From a virus: a DNA stretch of 64,000 bases. Where the stretch lies: positions 1 through 64,000 of IMG/VR virus record IMGVR_UViG_3300036980_001087; one strand, 5' to 3'. The translations under genes and the position numbers were made by a program. The notes under the pieces are model-generated. The model was not told where the DNA came from. It did not search any database and saw only the letters and a list, made by a program, of their open reading frames with translations. Positions 18,440 to 27,974 of the stretch are shown here, piece by piece. How positions within the stretch are numbered: the stretch's first letter is position 1; every line of letters starts with the position of its first letter.

Positions 18440-18904
18440 ATGGAAAAAGATAATACCTTAAAAAATACTAATCCTAAAGATGCAATTGGTTGTAACAAAG
18501 TACCATTGCACCTATTTCCAGAAACAGCTACTATCCTTGGTTCTTTGGGCTTATTGGATGGTATGCTTAAGTATGGCCGAGCAAATTGGCGGAGAGCCGG
18601 AATTAGGGCATCAATATATTATGATGCTTGCCGTAGGCATATGAATGCTTGGTTTGAGGGGGAAGACACCGATCCAGACTCAGGCTTACCACATTTAGCT
18701 CACGCTATAGCATGTATAGCTATCATTATTGATGCTAAAGCTGCAGGTAAATTAAATGATGATAGACAAATACCAGGAGGATATCGTAAACTCCTAAATG
18801 AAATGACCAAAGAAGTAGCTAGACTTAAAGAGCTACATAAAGAAAAAGATCCCAAGCATTATACTATAGCAGACAAAGAAGGGGAAAATGACACGAAGAG
18901 TTAA
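18440..18904 (+). CDS. dATP/dGTP diphosphohydrolase-domain protein (DUF5664)
   Basis: NPKDAIG..K.PLHL.P, G.LKYG..NWR, RH...W.EGED.DPDSGL.HLAHA. Confidence 0.88.
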   Translation: MEKDNTLKNTNPKDAIGCNKVPLHLFPETATILGSLGLLDGMLKYGRANWRRAGIRASIYYDACRRHMNAWFEGEDTDPDSGLPHLAHAIACIAIIIDAKAAGKLNDDRQIPGGYRKLLNEMTKEVARLKELHKEKDPKHYTIADKEGENDTKS

Positions 18905-19304
18905 GTCCCATAAAGTATACTTAAATGTAAAAGAAGTCCCGGCTAAGATTAATGAGATCATAGGCTACCTCTCTATGGACTTTGGAAGAAATAAATTACT
19001 TGAGCGGGATGATATTGCTCAAGATTTATATGTAGTCTATTTTGATATGTTAAGAAAGCGACCAGAACTTATTAATGAGCGGCCCGGATATTTCTTTATT
19101 AAATTTAAGTGGTACCTTCTTACAAAGTGGAGAAAGCGAGTAAAGGATATTAATAAAGAGTGGCAATATAAATTACAGCGATTTCGTGATGAAGGTATTC
19201 CAGACGACTTCCAGGAACATGCACCTTACGATCCTAAATTAAAGGGGGATGCCCCTAAGAAGAAGAAACGATTAACTAAAAAAAGAAAAGTATATGGATT
19301 TTAA
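18888..19304 (+). CDS. Sigma70 region-2-like protein (putative half of a split sigma factor)
   Basis: ERDDIAQDLYV and GYFFIKFKWYLLTKWRKR align with the ECF sigma 2.2 and 2.4 consensus. Confidence 0.55.
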   Translation: MTRRVKSHKVYLNVKEVPAKINEIIGYLSMDFGRNKLLERDDIAQDLYVVYFDMLRKRPELINERPGYFFIKFKWYLLTKWRKRVKDINKEWQYKLQRFRDEGIPDDFQEHAPYDPKLKGDAPKKKKRLTKKRKVYGF

Positions 19305-19357
19305 CATTATGTGGGAGATGTATTTAGCTAATTTATCTGAACAATGGGAGTTTTCAT

Positions 19358-19633
19358 ATGCATAATGAGGAGATAGGAAATCGGGCAGCTTATACTTCTA
19401 TGTTAGAGCAGGTAAGGGATGAGTTAGGAGAGGGACTCTATGAAATTGCAGAAATGCTTAGCCATGGATTAACTAAACGTAAAGTAGCAAAGCTTTTAAA
19501 TGTCCCTTATCCTGAACTTAAGAAGAAAGTATTGCTCTTAAAGAAATTTATTGCACAGGAATATTATACTGGAGGAAAAGATGGTGGAAAAAAAGGCCGT
19601 AAGACCTTAAAAAAGAAAAATGTACGATTATAA
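19358..19633 (+). CDS. Sigma70 region-4-like HTH protein (putative second half)
   Basis: LYEIAEMLSHGLTKRKVAKLLNVP; own GGGAG SD. Confidence 0.55.
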   Translation: MHNEEIGNRAAYTSMLEQVRDELGEGLYEIAEMLSHGLTKRKVAKLLNVPYPELKKKVLLLKKFIAQEYYTGGKDGGKKGRKTLKKKNVRL

Positions 19634-20162
19634 AGGCTATAGAAAGAAGCATCAGTTAGCACGTAATGCCTATAGTAAAAACTATAGAGAGGAGCATTTG
19701 GCTTATTTTACTAATTATAGAAAGGCATATAAAATTAAATTAAATAAGTATTATAAAAAATATGCTAAATTACACAAAGAAGAAATCTGTAAAAGGAAGG
19801 TGCTCTATAGACAAAGAAATAAACTACAATTAGCAATTTATAAAAAACAATATATGTCTAAATTTGAACATAAACTCAAAAATAGAATTTATTCTACTAA
19901 TAGAAGAGCACAAATTAAAGGCCTAACCACGATACTTATTTCTCAAGTTTATGCAGCAAATAAAAAGAAGTTTGGAGTACTTACTTGTTACCTTTGTTTA
20001 AAGCCAATACCTAAAGAAAAAGACACCCTTGAACACAAAATTCCCCTTAGTAGGGGTGGCACTAATAACAAAAGAAATTTAGCAGTAGCTTGTAATACTT
20101 GTAATTGTAAAAAGGGAACTAAAACAAATATAGAATATTTAAAATTAAGGAGTTTAAAATGA
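19620..20162 (+). CDS. HNH endonuclease
   Basis: CYLC...EHKIPLSRGGTN...NL..ACNTCN..K; basic Tyr-rich N-terminal repeats. Confidence 0.9.
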   Translation: MYDYKGYRKKHQLARNAYSKNYREEHLAYFTNYRKAYKIKLNKYYKKYAKLHKEEICKRKVLYRQRNKLQLAIYKKQYMSKFEHKLKNRIYSTNRRAQIKGLTTILISQVYAANKKKFGVLTCYLCLKPIPKEKDTLEHKIPLSRGGTNNKRNLAVACNTCNCKKGTKTNIEYLKLRSLK

Positions 20163-20746
20163 CAAAAGCAGTTGGACGCCCCCGTAAAGCAGATCTAAGT
20201 AGGAGGCTCTCAGAAGCACAGGACTATCTTCTTAAGGGGTTTAAAGACCATGAGATAGTTGAGGCTATGGCTAAAGAGTTTCCTGGCTATACTAATAATA
20301 TGTTAGCGGCGGATAAAGAGGCAATTACAGCCAATTACATTAAGGCTGTAACTGAAAATAAGTATCTTCTGGCTAAACAAGCAGAGCATATTATGAAGCA
20401 TCTTGATCAGCTAGACATGATCAAAAAGAAACTCTGGGAGATTGAAGGTAAGGCCGGACAAGATACAAGAGGGCAACTTGAGGCATTAAAGACCCTGCTT
20501 ACTGAATTAGAGCATGAGTCAAAGATCTTAAAGTTAATAGATACTTCCCATAAGATCATTAAGAACTACATTCATATTGATAAGATCAACGTCCTTATGG
20601 AAAAGCTTACTGGAGTTATTAGGGAGTTTGTTCCAGAAGATAAACAGGCCTATGCTTTTCAAAGGATTAAAGAAATGGGCAATGTATTAGATACTGAATG
20701 TACAGAAGTAGTTGATGAAATTGAAAAACAAGAAAACCAAAACTAA
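20159..20746 (+). CDS. terS: Terminase small subunit (putative)
   Basis: GRP motif, HTH-like N-terminus, helical; directly upstream of TerL. Confidence 0.6.
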   Translation: MTKAVGRPRKADLSRRLSEAQDYLLKGFKDHEIVEAMAKEFPGYTNNMLAADKEAITANYIKAVTENKYLLAKQAEHIMKHLDQLDMIKKKLWEIEGKAGQDTRGQLEALKTLLTELEHESKILKLIDTSHKIIKNYIHIDKINVLMEKLTGVIREFVPEDKQAYAFQRIKEMGNVLDTECTEVVDEIEKQENQN

Positions 20747-20754
20747 GGATTATT

Positions 20755-22488
20755 ATGGGAATAGGTAGCACTTGGGAAAATTTCTTTGATAGGCAATCTA
20801 AAAATAATGTCTCTACGGCTAAATTTATATATAAGCCGGTAGCTCCAGAGATATTCTTTAGAGATTGGATGGGGCAACCATTATTCCCAGAGCAATTAAA
20901 TCCTATCAATGCAATGTTTACTCCAGATCTTGAGGACTTAAGCCCAGCAACCAATGAGCTTTTATTAATGTGGGGAGAAGGCTCTGGAAAAGACTTCCTG
21001 TGTGAACGTATTCTAATCTATGTTGCCTATTGGCTTTTATGTCTTAAGAGCCCCCAAAAATATTTAGGTAGAGCAGAAGGTACTCCAATCGACCTAGTTA
21101 ATACTTCTGTTAATGAAGAGCATGCGTCAAATGTATTTTTTGAGCAATTCTGCCAGGCTATTAAGCTGGTTATAAATCCAGATACTGGAAAGAACTGGTT
21201 TGAAGAACAGGGAATGGACATTAGAACTGGGCAGGATATCTTAACAACTAAAGTAAAATTTCCTAAGAACATCTCTGCCTATTCTTGTAACTCCGTTAAA
21301 TATACGGCAGAAGGAAAGAACGTTTTAATAGGAATCCTCGACGAAATAGCTGAATTTAAATATGATAAAGCTAAGTCTCTTTATACTAACTTAAAAGCTA
21401 CTGCGACCTCACGTTTTCCTGGTAAACACAAGATTATTCTTATCTCCTATTTAAGAGACGAGTTTGATTTTATGAATAGCCATTGGAATGAAGTCGAGGC
21501 CATGCCTACAAGTTTAAGAGATAAAGTCTATATGTCAAAGAAATGTACTTGGGAAGTTAATCAGACAGTCACTAAACTAGATTACGCAGATGCATATGAG
21601 AAGGATCCCGAAGATTCCGCAAGACGTTATGAGAACATTATGCCCAGTAAGAAGGGGGCTAAATTTATCAAAGACGGAATGCGCATTACAAATGCTGTGT
21701 ATGATTTCGAGGGCTCCCCTATCATCTCAGAAACACCTTATATTAGTACAAATTTAAAGGATGAGGTCTTTCAAGTATGGTTTAAACCTTATTGTATTAA
21801 AGAAATATATAGATTAGAGCAGGAGTTTGCCTTAACTCCAACAGCAGATTTACGATTAAAGATAGATGGCTTAAAAGAGATGCATAGTAATGGGGGGTAT
21901 TATATCCACATTGACTTGTCAAAGGGCGCCTATGACTATGCTGGGCTATGCTTGTTACATACTTATCAAAAAACTGAGTCCCAAATAGGGTATCATGTAG
22001 ATTTAATAGTCCAATTACAGCCTGATGGGAATGAAATCAATTTTGAACAGATTAGAGAGTTTATTTTTAAATTACAGGCCCAAGGTTTCCCGATTGCTAA
22101 GGTATCTTTAGACGGCTGGAACAGTGTTGATTTTATGCAACTTTTAGATAAACGCGGAATCACTGTAGAATTGGTTTCTGTTGATCGAACTATGCAACCC
22201 TACAACACACTTAAAGATGTCCTCTACCAAGAAGTGCTGGAATATTACTATAACCCTATACTACTTAGAGAGTTAAATGAATTACAATTAATCAATGGTA
22301 AGGTGGACCATCCTAAAGAAAGTCCTGAAAGATTGAAAGAAGAAGGTAAGCGGCTTGGATCTAAGGACCTCGCTGATGCTTTAGCTGGTGCTACTTTCTG
22401 TGCTGTTTCAGCAGGCGGCAGCGGTAATGGTTGTGTGGTAGAATTGGGCTCAAATGAGCCAGATGATTTATTAGACAAGTTCTTCTAA
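20755..22488 (+). CDS. terL: Terminase large subunit
   Basis: Walker A GEGSGKD, Walker B ILDE, IS coupling motif, nuclease HIDLS...LDGW...KDLADA. Confidence 0.9.
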   Translation: MGIGSTWENFFDRQSKNNVSTAKFIYKPVAPEIFFRDWMGQPLFPEQLNPINAMFTPDLEDLSPATNELLLMWGEGSGKDFLCERILIYVAYWLLCLKSPQKYLGRAEGTPIDLVNTSVNEEHASNVFFEQFCQAIKLVINPDTGKNWFEEQGMDIRTGQDILTTKVKFPKNISAYSCNSVKYTAEGKNVLIGILDEIAEFKYDKAKSLYTNLKATATSRFPGKHKIILISYLRDEFDFMNSHWNEVEAMPTSLRDKVYMSKKCTWEVNQTVTKLDYADAYEKDPEDSARRYENIMPSKKGAKFIKDGMRITNAVYDFEGSPIISETPYISTNLKDEVFQVWFKPYCIKEIYRLEQEFALTPTADLRLKIDGLKEMHSNGGYYIHIDLSKGAYDYAGLCLLHTYQKTESQIGYHVDLIVQLQPDGNEINFEQIREFIFKLQAQGFPIAKVSLDGWNSVDFMQLLDKRGITVELVSVDRTMQPYNTLKDVLYQEVLEYYYNPILLRELNELQLINGKVDHPKESPERLKEEGKRLGSKDLADALAGATFCAVSAGGSGNGCVVELGSNEPDDLLDKFF

Positions 22489-22506
22489 AATAAGCATTTA
22501 AGGTTA

Positions 22507-22515
22507 GTTTTCAAT
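22507..22515 (+). promoter_or_regulatory. GTTTTCAAT motif upstream of portal (putative late promoter)
   Basis: One of seven copies, all oriented toward and just upstream of virion-module genes. Confidence 0.7.
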
Positions 22516-22549
22516 TATAAGAATAAACTATCTATTTGGAGGTGTAATT

Positions 22550-23875
22550 ATGTGGTATAATGTATTTGGATTATTCCAAAAAAAGACAGAAGCTCCGCTT
22601 AATCCCGTTGAGGCCCCAGCTGTATCTTCCGGTGCTGAATTTGTAGATCCTGAAGAAAGAAATTTATCTGCTGATCAATTATCTTCCCTCTATATAAGCA
22701 ATTCTTGGGTAAGAAAATATGTAGATATTCTTGCTAATGGGTGTGCAAAATACAAATTGCAGGCAGTTCCTGCTCCTGGAGTTAATGCTGGTGCTGCAAA
22801 GGCCCATTGCCAAGAGGTTAATACCCTCTTAGCGTATGCTAATGATGTGGAGACCTTTAGTGATGTACGAGTTAAATACCTTAAAGACCTTTTGCTTTTT
22901 GGTAATGGTGCACTTGAAGTACAACCCAAAAATGGTACCTCTATTAAATTCCTCTATGCTGCTCCGGGGTATCTTTTAAGGGCTAAATTTGATCTTAATG
23001 GTAACTTAGCCAAATCAAATTGTTATGCTTTTGTTGATCCTCAAACTGGTGAAGAGGGCACGATTACCTATGGCAAGGAAGATATTGTTCATTTTAAATT
23101 AGACCAGTTAAGTGATCGTTTCTATGGCTCCTCCCCTATAGCCTCAGCATATAAAGAGTTTAATGCTGATTCTAAGGCTATTAAAGAAATGGAAAGAGGG
23201 GATTTTGGTATTAGCGCTCAGATTATAGCCTTTCCTAAACAAACTAAAAGTTTTATTTCTACCGTTATGTCTAGTATCCAAGCAGTTATTACTGGCAAGG
23301 GTGGAAATAAAGTAGTCAGCGTTAATACAGAAGACATTAAAAGGATTGCCTTATCGGATAAAACCTATAAAGATGAATTTGAATTCCAGAAATGGTTAGT
23401 CCAGAGACACAATGTCTTTGGTATTCCTCCCTTTAAACTTGGGTTTGTGGAGTCCACTGGATCTATGTCCGCTAGGGAACAGAGGGAGGAATTTCAGTCA
23501 TTGATTTCTACGTTAGTTACCTATGAATGTGAGAAGTTAACCCTAATCCTCTGCCGTACTCGCTTAAAATATGAAGATGTAATTATTACTGCTCCGGAAC
23601 TTGTTACCCGTCTTGATTATGAAAAGGCGCGTGTTCTTGATAGGCTGGTAATGTCTGGGATCATTACTCCCAATGAGGCTAGAGAGAAATACCTTGGTCT
23701 TGATAGGGCTAATGATAAATATGCGGATCAGTTATATGTTAAATCAATGATGGAAGCAAATGAAGTAGATCCTGAAACGGTGGATTTAAATAAAAAGAAA
23801 GCTCAACTTATAGAGAAATTTCTTGGTGATGCAAAAAAAGCGGAAACCGAAGAAGAACAATCCGAGGGGGCCTAA
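22550..23875 (+). CDS. Portal protein (HK97-like)
   Basis: LLFGNG, IVHFK...FYGSSP, FGIPP, GIITPNEAR..LGL. Confidence 0.92.
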   Translation: MWYNVFGLFQKKTEAPLNPVEAPAVSSGAEFVDPEERNLSADQLSSLYISNSWVRKYVDILANGCAKYKLQAVPAPGVNAGAAKAHCQEVNTLLAYANDVETFSDVRVKYLKDLLLFGNGALEVQPKNGTSIKFLYAAPGYLLRAKFDLNGNLAKSNCYAFVDPQTGEEGTITYGKEDIVHFKLDQLSDRFYGSSPIASAYKEFNADSKAIKEMERGDFGISAQIIAFPKQTKSFISTVMSSIQAVITGKGGNKVVSVNTEDIKRIALSDKTYKDEFEFQKWLVQRHNVFGIPPFKLGFVESTGSMSAREQREEFQSLISTLVTYECEKLTLILCRTRLKYEDVIITAPELVTRLDYEKARVLDRLVMSGIITPNEAREKYLGLDRANDKYADQLYVKSMMEANEVDPETVDLNKKKAQLIEKFLGDAKKAETEEEQSEGA

Positions 23876-24175
23876 ATGGAATTATATGCTAATACTGAAT
23901 TAACTGAGCAGATCACGGGCCTTGAAATTGAGCTTGGAATAGTGCCTGCAGGAGAATCAAAGACCTATATTTTTTACCTCTACAATGACCAAGACTGTGA
24001 ATTAACTAATATTCAGGTTAAGGTTAGGCATCCCGAAGTTACCATCATAAGAGCACCACAGACGCTCGAAGCTAAGGGCTCTGGAGCTATAGAGGTAAAG
24101 TGGGAAGCTTCAGTAACCGTCAAACAAGGACTTCATACCCCAATCGAAATATTTGCAGATGAACTCTGGAGATAA
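23876..24175 (+). CDS. Ig-like virion accessory protein
   Basis: LG.V..GESKT..F.L.N...L....V...P.TL beta-sandwich pattern. Confidence 0.55.
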   Translation: MELYANTELTEQITGLEIELGIVPAGESKTYIFYLYNDQDCELTNIQVKVRHPEVTIIRAPQTLEAKGSGAIEVKWEASVTVKQGLHTPIEIFADELWR

Positions 24176-24177
24176 AA

Positions 24178-24963
24178 ATGATCCTACGTCAAACAGAATA
24201 TAATAACTGGAGAGGGGCATGGGATTCTGAAAGAGCCTATATAGTTTATGATATCATTGAATATAATGGCTCTTCCTATGTTTGCATTAAACAACATACC
24301 AATCAAGCTCCTCCAAATTTTACTTATTGGGATTTATTAGCTGAAGGACAAATAGGTCCGCAAGGTCCTCAAGGGGATATTGGTACACAAGGAGATCAGG
24401 GTTTTCAGGGGCAAAAGGGTGACCAAGGTTTCCAGGGAGATGTTGGAAGTACTGGACCTCAAGGTCTTCAAGGTAATACGGGAGCGCAAGGCCCACAAGG
24501 TTTAACGGGCTCTACTGGACCACAAGGCAATCAAGGATTTCAAGGTAACCAAGGGCCGCAGGGAGATCAAGGCTTTCAGGGGATCCCTGGGCCAATGACA
24601 CAAGTAGGTTCCAATAGTAGTGATGGAGTAACAAATACTACTTCTGGAACTTATACCCAAAAATTAAGTTTATCCTTTACTCCTACAGTTACTGGAACTT
24701 ATCTCTTATCTTGGTCAGCAGAAGTAACAAATTCTACAAAAAATAATACTACATATGTACAAGTACAACAGAACGATACTACTACATTAGCAGGAGAAAT
24801 TGCTGGATATATTCTTACTGCGGAAGCCTATATTCCTTTCTCAGGTATTGCAATTTTATCATTAACCGCAAGTACGGTCTATAATTTTGATATGGATCTT
24901 CGGAGAGATGCAGCTACAGGTAGAATTCGTAATGCACGTTTATCTTTAGTGAGGTTGACATAA
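24178..24963 (+). CDS. Collagen-like fibre protein with N-terminal CBM5/12-like module
   Basis: WRGAW...Y...D...YNGSSYVC; long Gly-X-Y run; beta-rich C-terminal head. Confidence 0.8.
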   Translation: MILRQTEYNNWRGAWDSERAYIVYDIIEYNGSSYVCIKQHTNQAPPNFTYWDLLAEGQIGPQGPQGDIGTQGDQGFQGQKGDQGFQGDVGSTGPQGLQGNTGAQGPQGLTGSTGPQGNQGFQGNQGPQGDQGFQGIPGPMTQVGSNSSDGVTNTTSGTYTQKLSLSFTPTVTGTYLLSWSAEVTNSTKNNTTYVQVQQNDTTTLAGEIAGYILTAEAYIPFSGIAILSLTASTVYNFDMDLRRDAATGRIRNARLSLVRLT

Positions 24964-25169
24964 TGATATACCATTATAATATACAAAATCAAATAAGTCT
25001 TGATTATATTCACGAACAAGTTGCTTTATCCCTCATGGAAGATAAAAATATTGATTATTGTAGATGGGATGAAGATGAGGGGGATTTAGAAATATATTGG
25101 ACTACAGAACTTAGTGATGCAGATTATTCTATTCTAACCCAAATTGTTAATACGGCCCCTATTATATGA
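24963..25169 (+). CDS. Small acidic hypothetical protein
   Basis: Coupled to both neighbours. Confidence 0.55.
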   Translation: MIYHYNIQNQISLDYIHEQVALSLMEDKNIDYCRWDEDEGDLEIYWTTELSDADYSILTQIVNTAPII

Positions 25170-25753
25170 AAAATATAATTAAAGACACTAATACAATTTT
25201 TGATCTGGTTCTTCTCGGAACTGATGGTAAAAAAGTAGAAGGCCTGGATATTCTATATGAAATTAGAAGGGCCGATGATAATTCTTTAACTGATACCGGA
25301 ATAATGGGGGAAGAATCAGGCAGGTATTTTGTAATAATTAACCTATCCGTTAAGGCACAATATGTTATTTTTTATACCACTCCTGCCGGATATGAAGACG
25401 GCATGGAGGAGTTTATAGTAATTGATGAGCAGGCAAAAGAGGCCTCTGTGCAGTCTGTTTCTACTAAAATTGATTCCGTTGCGGGCACCCTTACTACAAT
25501 AATTAATTCCTTGACCACCCACAGAGGACTTACAGAAGATAAATTAGCCAGGATATTAGGCCTGGTGCAAGAGAACTATAGGATTATAGATCCGACCTAT
25601 GATTCAAACGGGGATCTAGTGAGTAGCATAATTAGGCTTTATAATTCTAAAGCTGACTGCAATAGCAATATAAATCCGTTTGCTACTTATTCAGTTGTAG
25701 CCACATATGATGTTGATCACCACCTCACAAGTTATAAAGTCACGAAAGAGTAA
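25166..25753 (+). CDS. Putative virion protein
   Basis: Beta domain, short coiled coil, beta domain; virion-module context. Confidence 0.5.
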   Translation: MKNIIKDTNTIFDLVLLGTDGKKVEGLDILYEIRRADDNSLTDTGIMGEESGRYFVIINLSVKAQYVIFYTTPAGYEDGMEEFIVIDEQAKEASVQSVSTKIDSVAGTLTTIINSLTTHRGLTEDKLARILGLVQENYRIIDPTYDSNGDLVSSIIRLYNSKADCNSNINPFATYSVVATYDVDHHLTSYKVTKE

Positions 25754-25756
25754 TAG

Positions 25757-26506
25757 ATGAATCTTAAAACACTAGCGTCTAAGGGGTTATTAAACCTCAA
25801 AGATTACGTTGGTCAAATTAGTAAGGGCCTTCTTGAAAAGGTAGGCCTTTATCGTAAACGTAAGACCATTAAAGCGGACGCTATAATTGTCAGTGGCTCG
25901 CAGTTACCTACCGGTGGTGGAAAGCGTAAGAAGTCTACCAAAACCCCATATTACCCTGGAAGGATAGTCCCAAAGGTTAAAAAGCTCAAACTCACCGGAA
26001 CTAAGAAATTCCCCTTCTATTTCAAGGCCTTTGTGCGTGGCAAATTGATGATCCAGGTCAAGGTGAGCACCAAGGTAAGGGCAAAGAAGCGCGTCCCTAC
26101 GGGCCTCCTAGCGCAAATAACGGGCATTAAACTGTTTAAGAAGATGGTTAAGGTGCTTTTACGTGGAATCTTATTGACAAAAGTAATGACATCTTTACGT
26201 ATTTTATATACTAAGTTGTTCTCTCTCAAACAGTTATGGTTTGTCAAGGGCACGAAATCATTCACCTACCAAGTACGCCAGGTACTTAGAGGTACCAAGT
26301 TATTTCCCCACTTTAACAAGTATATCATAGTAGGGGCTAGAACTATCAAAACTATTGCAAGGATCACCATAAAAGGTAGGGTAATTAAGGCTATTAAATT
26401 AGGATTGAATCTGAGGGGTAGGAAGGATTTTGCGAAATTTTTGTATGCTTTAGGCTTACTTGATGTAGATAAGAAACGCCAGCCCAAACGTCCAACCAAG
26501 AATTAA
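25757..26506 (+). CDS. Highly basic protein with 11 tandem 14-aa repeats
   Basis: K/R-rich, almost no acidic residues; Gly recurs every 14 residues. Confidence 0.65.
   Translation: MNLKTLASKGLLNLKDYVGQISKGLLEKVGLYRKRKTIKADAIIVSGSQLPTGGGKRKKSTKTPYYPGRIVPKVKKLKLTGTKKFPFYFKAFVRGKLMIQVKVSTKVRAKKRVPTGLLAQITGIKLFKKMVKVLLRGILLTKVMTSLRILYTKLFSLKQLWFVKGTKSFTYQVRQVLRGTKLFPHFNKYIIVGARTIKTIARITIKGRVIKAIKLGLNLRGRKDFAKFLYALGLLDVDKKRQPKRPTKN
25994..26455 (+). repeat. 11 x 14-aa protein-level repeat
   Basis: TGTKKFPFYFKAFV / RGKLMIQVKVSTKV / ... / RGRKDFAKFLYALG; Gly at position 2 in 9 of 11 units. Confidence 0.75.
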
Positions 26507-26935
26507 TTCTGTAGCAACATCCTGAATATTAAATTGTACTACAAACCAGTTGACCAAACCTAAAAGTAGTGTAAACATAACATAGGTATACCAGTCTCTA
26601 GTTTGAATAGCTATAGGCAGAAAAGCAATAAGCCCATACATTATTCCACATAATGCACGGGCCTGTATATCTGTTAGGCCTAAGGTTTTCATAAAGATCG
26701 AATTTGGCCCATAGCCTAATCTAATTATTAAAGCAAAAAGTAATGAGAGTAGTCCGATTAACAAATTTTTAGATAACCATCCAAACCATAATCCACATAA
26801 AATCGGTATTATTGTATCTCTCCAACCAGTCCAGGGCACCGGATTAGGAAAAGCCCCTTCAGTGCCCCAACCACCTAAACGCCATAAGGGCCCTGAAACT
26901 AACCATAAGAAGCTTCCAATTATATATTGTAACAT
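26456..26935 (-). CDS. Multi-pass membrane protein
   Basis: About five hydrophobic segments; last gene of the minus-strand operon. Confidence 0.65.
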   Translation of the reverse strand: MLQYIIGSFLWLVSGPLWRLGGWGTEGAFPNPVPWTGWRDTIIPILCGLWFGWLSKNLLIGLLSLLFALIIRLGYGPNSIFMKTLGLTDIQARALCGIMYGLIAFLPIAIQTRDWYTYVMFTLLLGLVNWFVVQFNIQDVATELILGWTFGLAFLIYIK

Positions 26936-27186
26936 TATTCTTTATTTACTTGTCCTTCTCGGTCTACCAAAATATCTAACTTACCTTCAATATTAGCTAG
27001 CCGTTCCCTTACTTCAATTTGATTTGCACTTTGCTCTTTAACTTCTTTAGCTAAGCGTCTAACTTCTTTATGCAGATGGCGGACGTCATTGAATTTAATT
27101 ATCACAAAAAAAGCAGCCTGAATTAAAAATAAAACTATCGTACTAACTGCGGGCCAAAGACGTAATCCTAGGTCTAAATCTATCAT
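26935..27186 (-). CDS. Holin-like protein (one TM plus coiled coil)
   Basis: N-terminal TM, then coiled coil ending RLANIEGKLD; terminal position in the late operon. Confidence 0.45.
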   Translation of the reverse strand: MIDLDLGLRLWPAVSTIVLFLIQAAFFVIIKFNDVRHLHKEVRRLAKEVKEQSANQIEVRERLANIEGKLDILVDREGQVNKE

Positions 27187-27197
27187 GGTTGCCTCCC

Positions 27198-27974
27198 TTA
27201 ATATGCGGAACGTAAAAATTCCAAAGTGAAGTTGGAATATTTTCCGCTTGATCCGCTAGAAGATCCCCTAACAAAACAAACATTTGTAAGCGTATAAGAG
27301 GTGCCACCATACGTTACTGTTAGTGTATCTGCCGTTGTTGATAAAGTAGTATATAGATTAACTAAATATTGCTCTATTTCAATTCTAGAGTCTTTTTTAA
27401 TATATCCATTTACTGTAATACTTAATTTACCACCACCAACATAACCAGTGGACATCATTTTAATTCCTAAAGCGGTTGGTAACATATACTCAATCACATT
27501 TCCATCATAAGCAACATTAACTGAAGCATGATCCCCAATATAAATACTACCAAATTTAACTGTTTCTACCTCAGCAGTAGATCCAGGAGCATCGTCTATT
27601 TTTCCAGACTTAGAAAATGTAAAGGTTGAAACAACAAATTCTCCCTGCGCAGACTTAATAGAATATGAGGTAACCCTACAATTAGCTAAAGTTACGGCTA
27701 TACCGGTTGTTCCATCTGGCCCACCCAAGGTAAGGATGATGTCAAAATAAGCACCGACATCAAGTCCGGTATCAAAAGTAGGCTCTAAAAACTCACAAGT
27801 TACGGTAAGATCCTCTGTCTCAGTGTCTTCTGAGATAACCTGCCCCTCAGGGCCATACTCCTTATGGGTATTAATTCTATAATCTAAAGCAATATTTCGG
27901 GCAAATTCTATCGTTTTAATAGTAGCCCCACCTTGCTTTAGAACTAAATTCCCTACAGAAAAGCTGTAAACCAT
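27198..27974 (-). CDS. Tail tube-like / distal tail protein (two domains)
   Basis: N-terminal half resembles 39734..40105 (FSVG...TL..C..T.Y.I.S.Q..F). Confidence 0.55.
   Translation of the reverse strand: MVYSFSVGNLVLKQGGATIKTIEFARNIALDYRINTHKEYGPEGQVISEDTETEDLTVTCEFLEPTFDTGLDVGAYFDIILTLGGPDGTTGIAVTLANCRVTSYSIKSAQGEFVVSTFTFSKSGKIDDAPGSTAEVETVKFGSIYIGDHASVNVAYDGNVIEYMLPTALGIKMMSTGYVGGGKLSITVNGYIKKDSRIEIEQYLVNLYTTLSTTADTLTVTYGGTSYTLTNVCFVRGSSSGSSGKYSNFTLEFLRSAY

Noticed and set aside
3-18904. 2-aminoadenine (Z) genome system suggested by the HD hydrolase and dNTP diphosphohydrolase
   Set aside because: No PurZ in the window, and both families are common in ordinary phages
21700-21900. Insertion in TerL between the ATPase and nuclease motifs as a possible intein
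   Set aside because: Short, with no C/S...HN splice motifs; looks like a helical insertion
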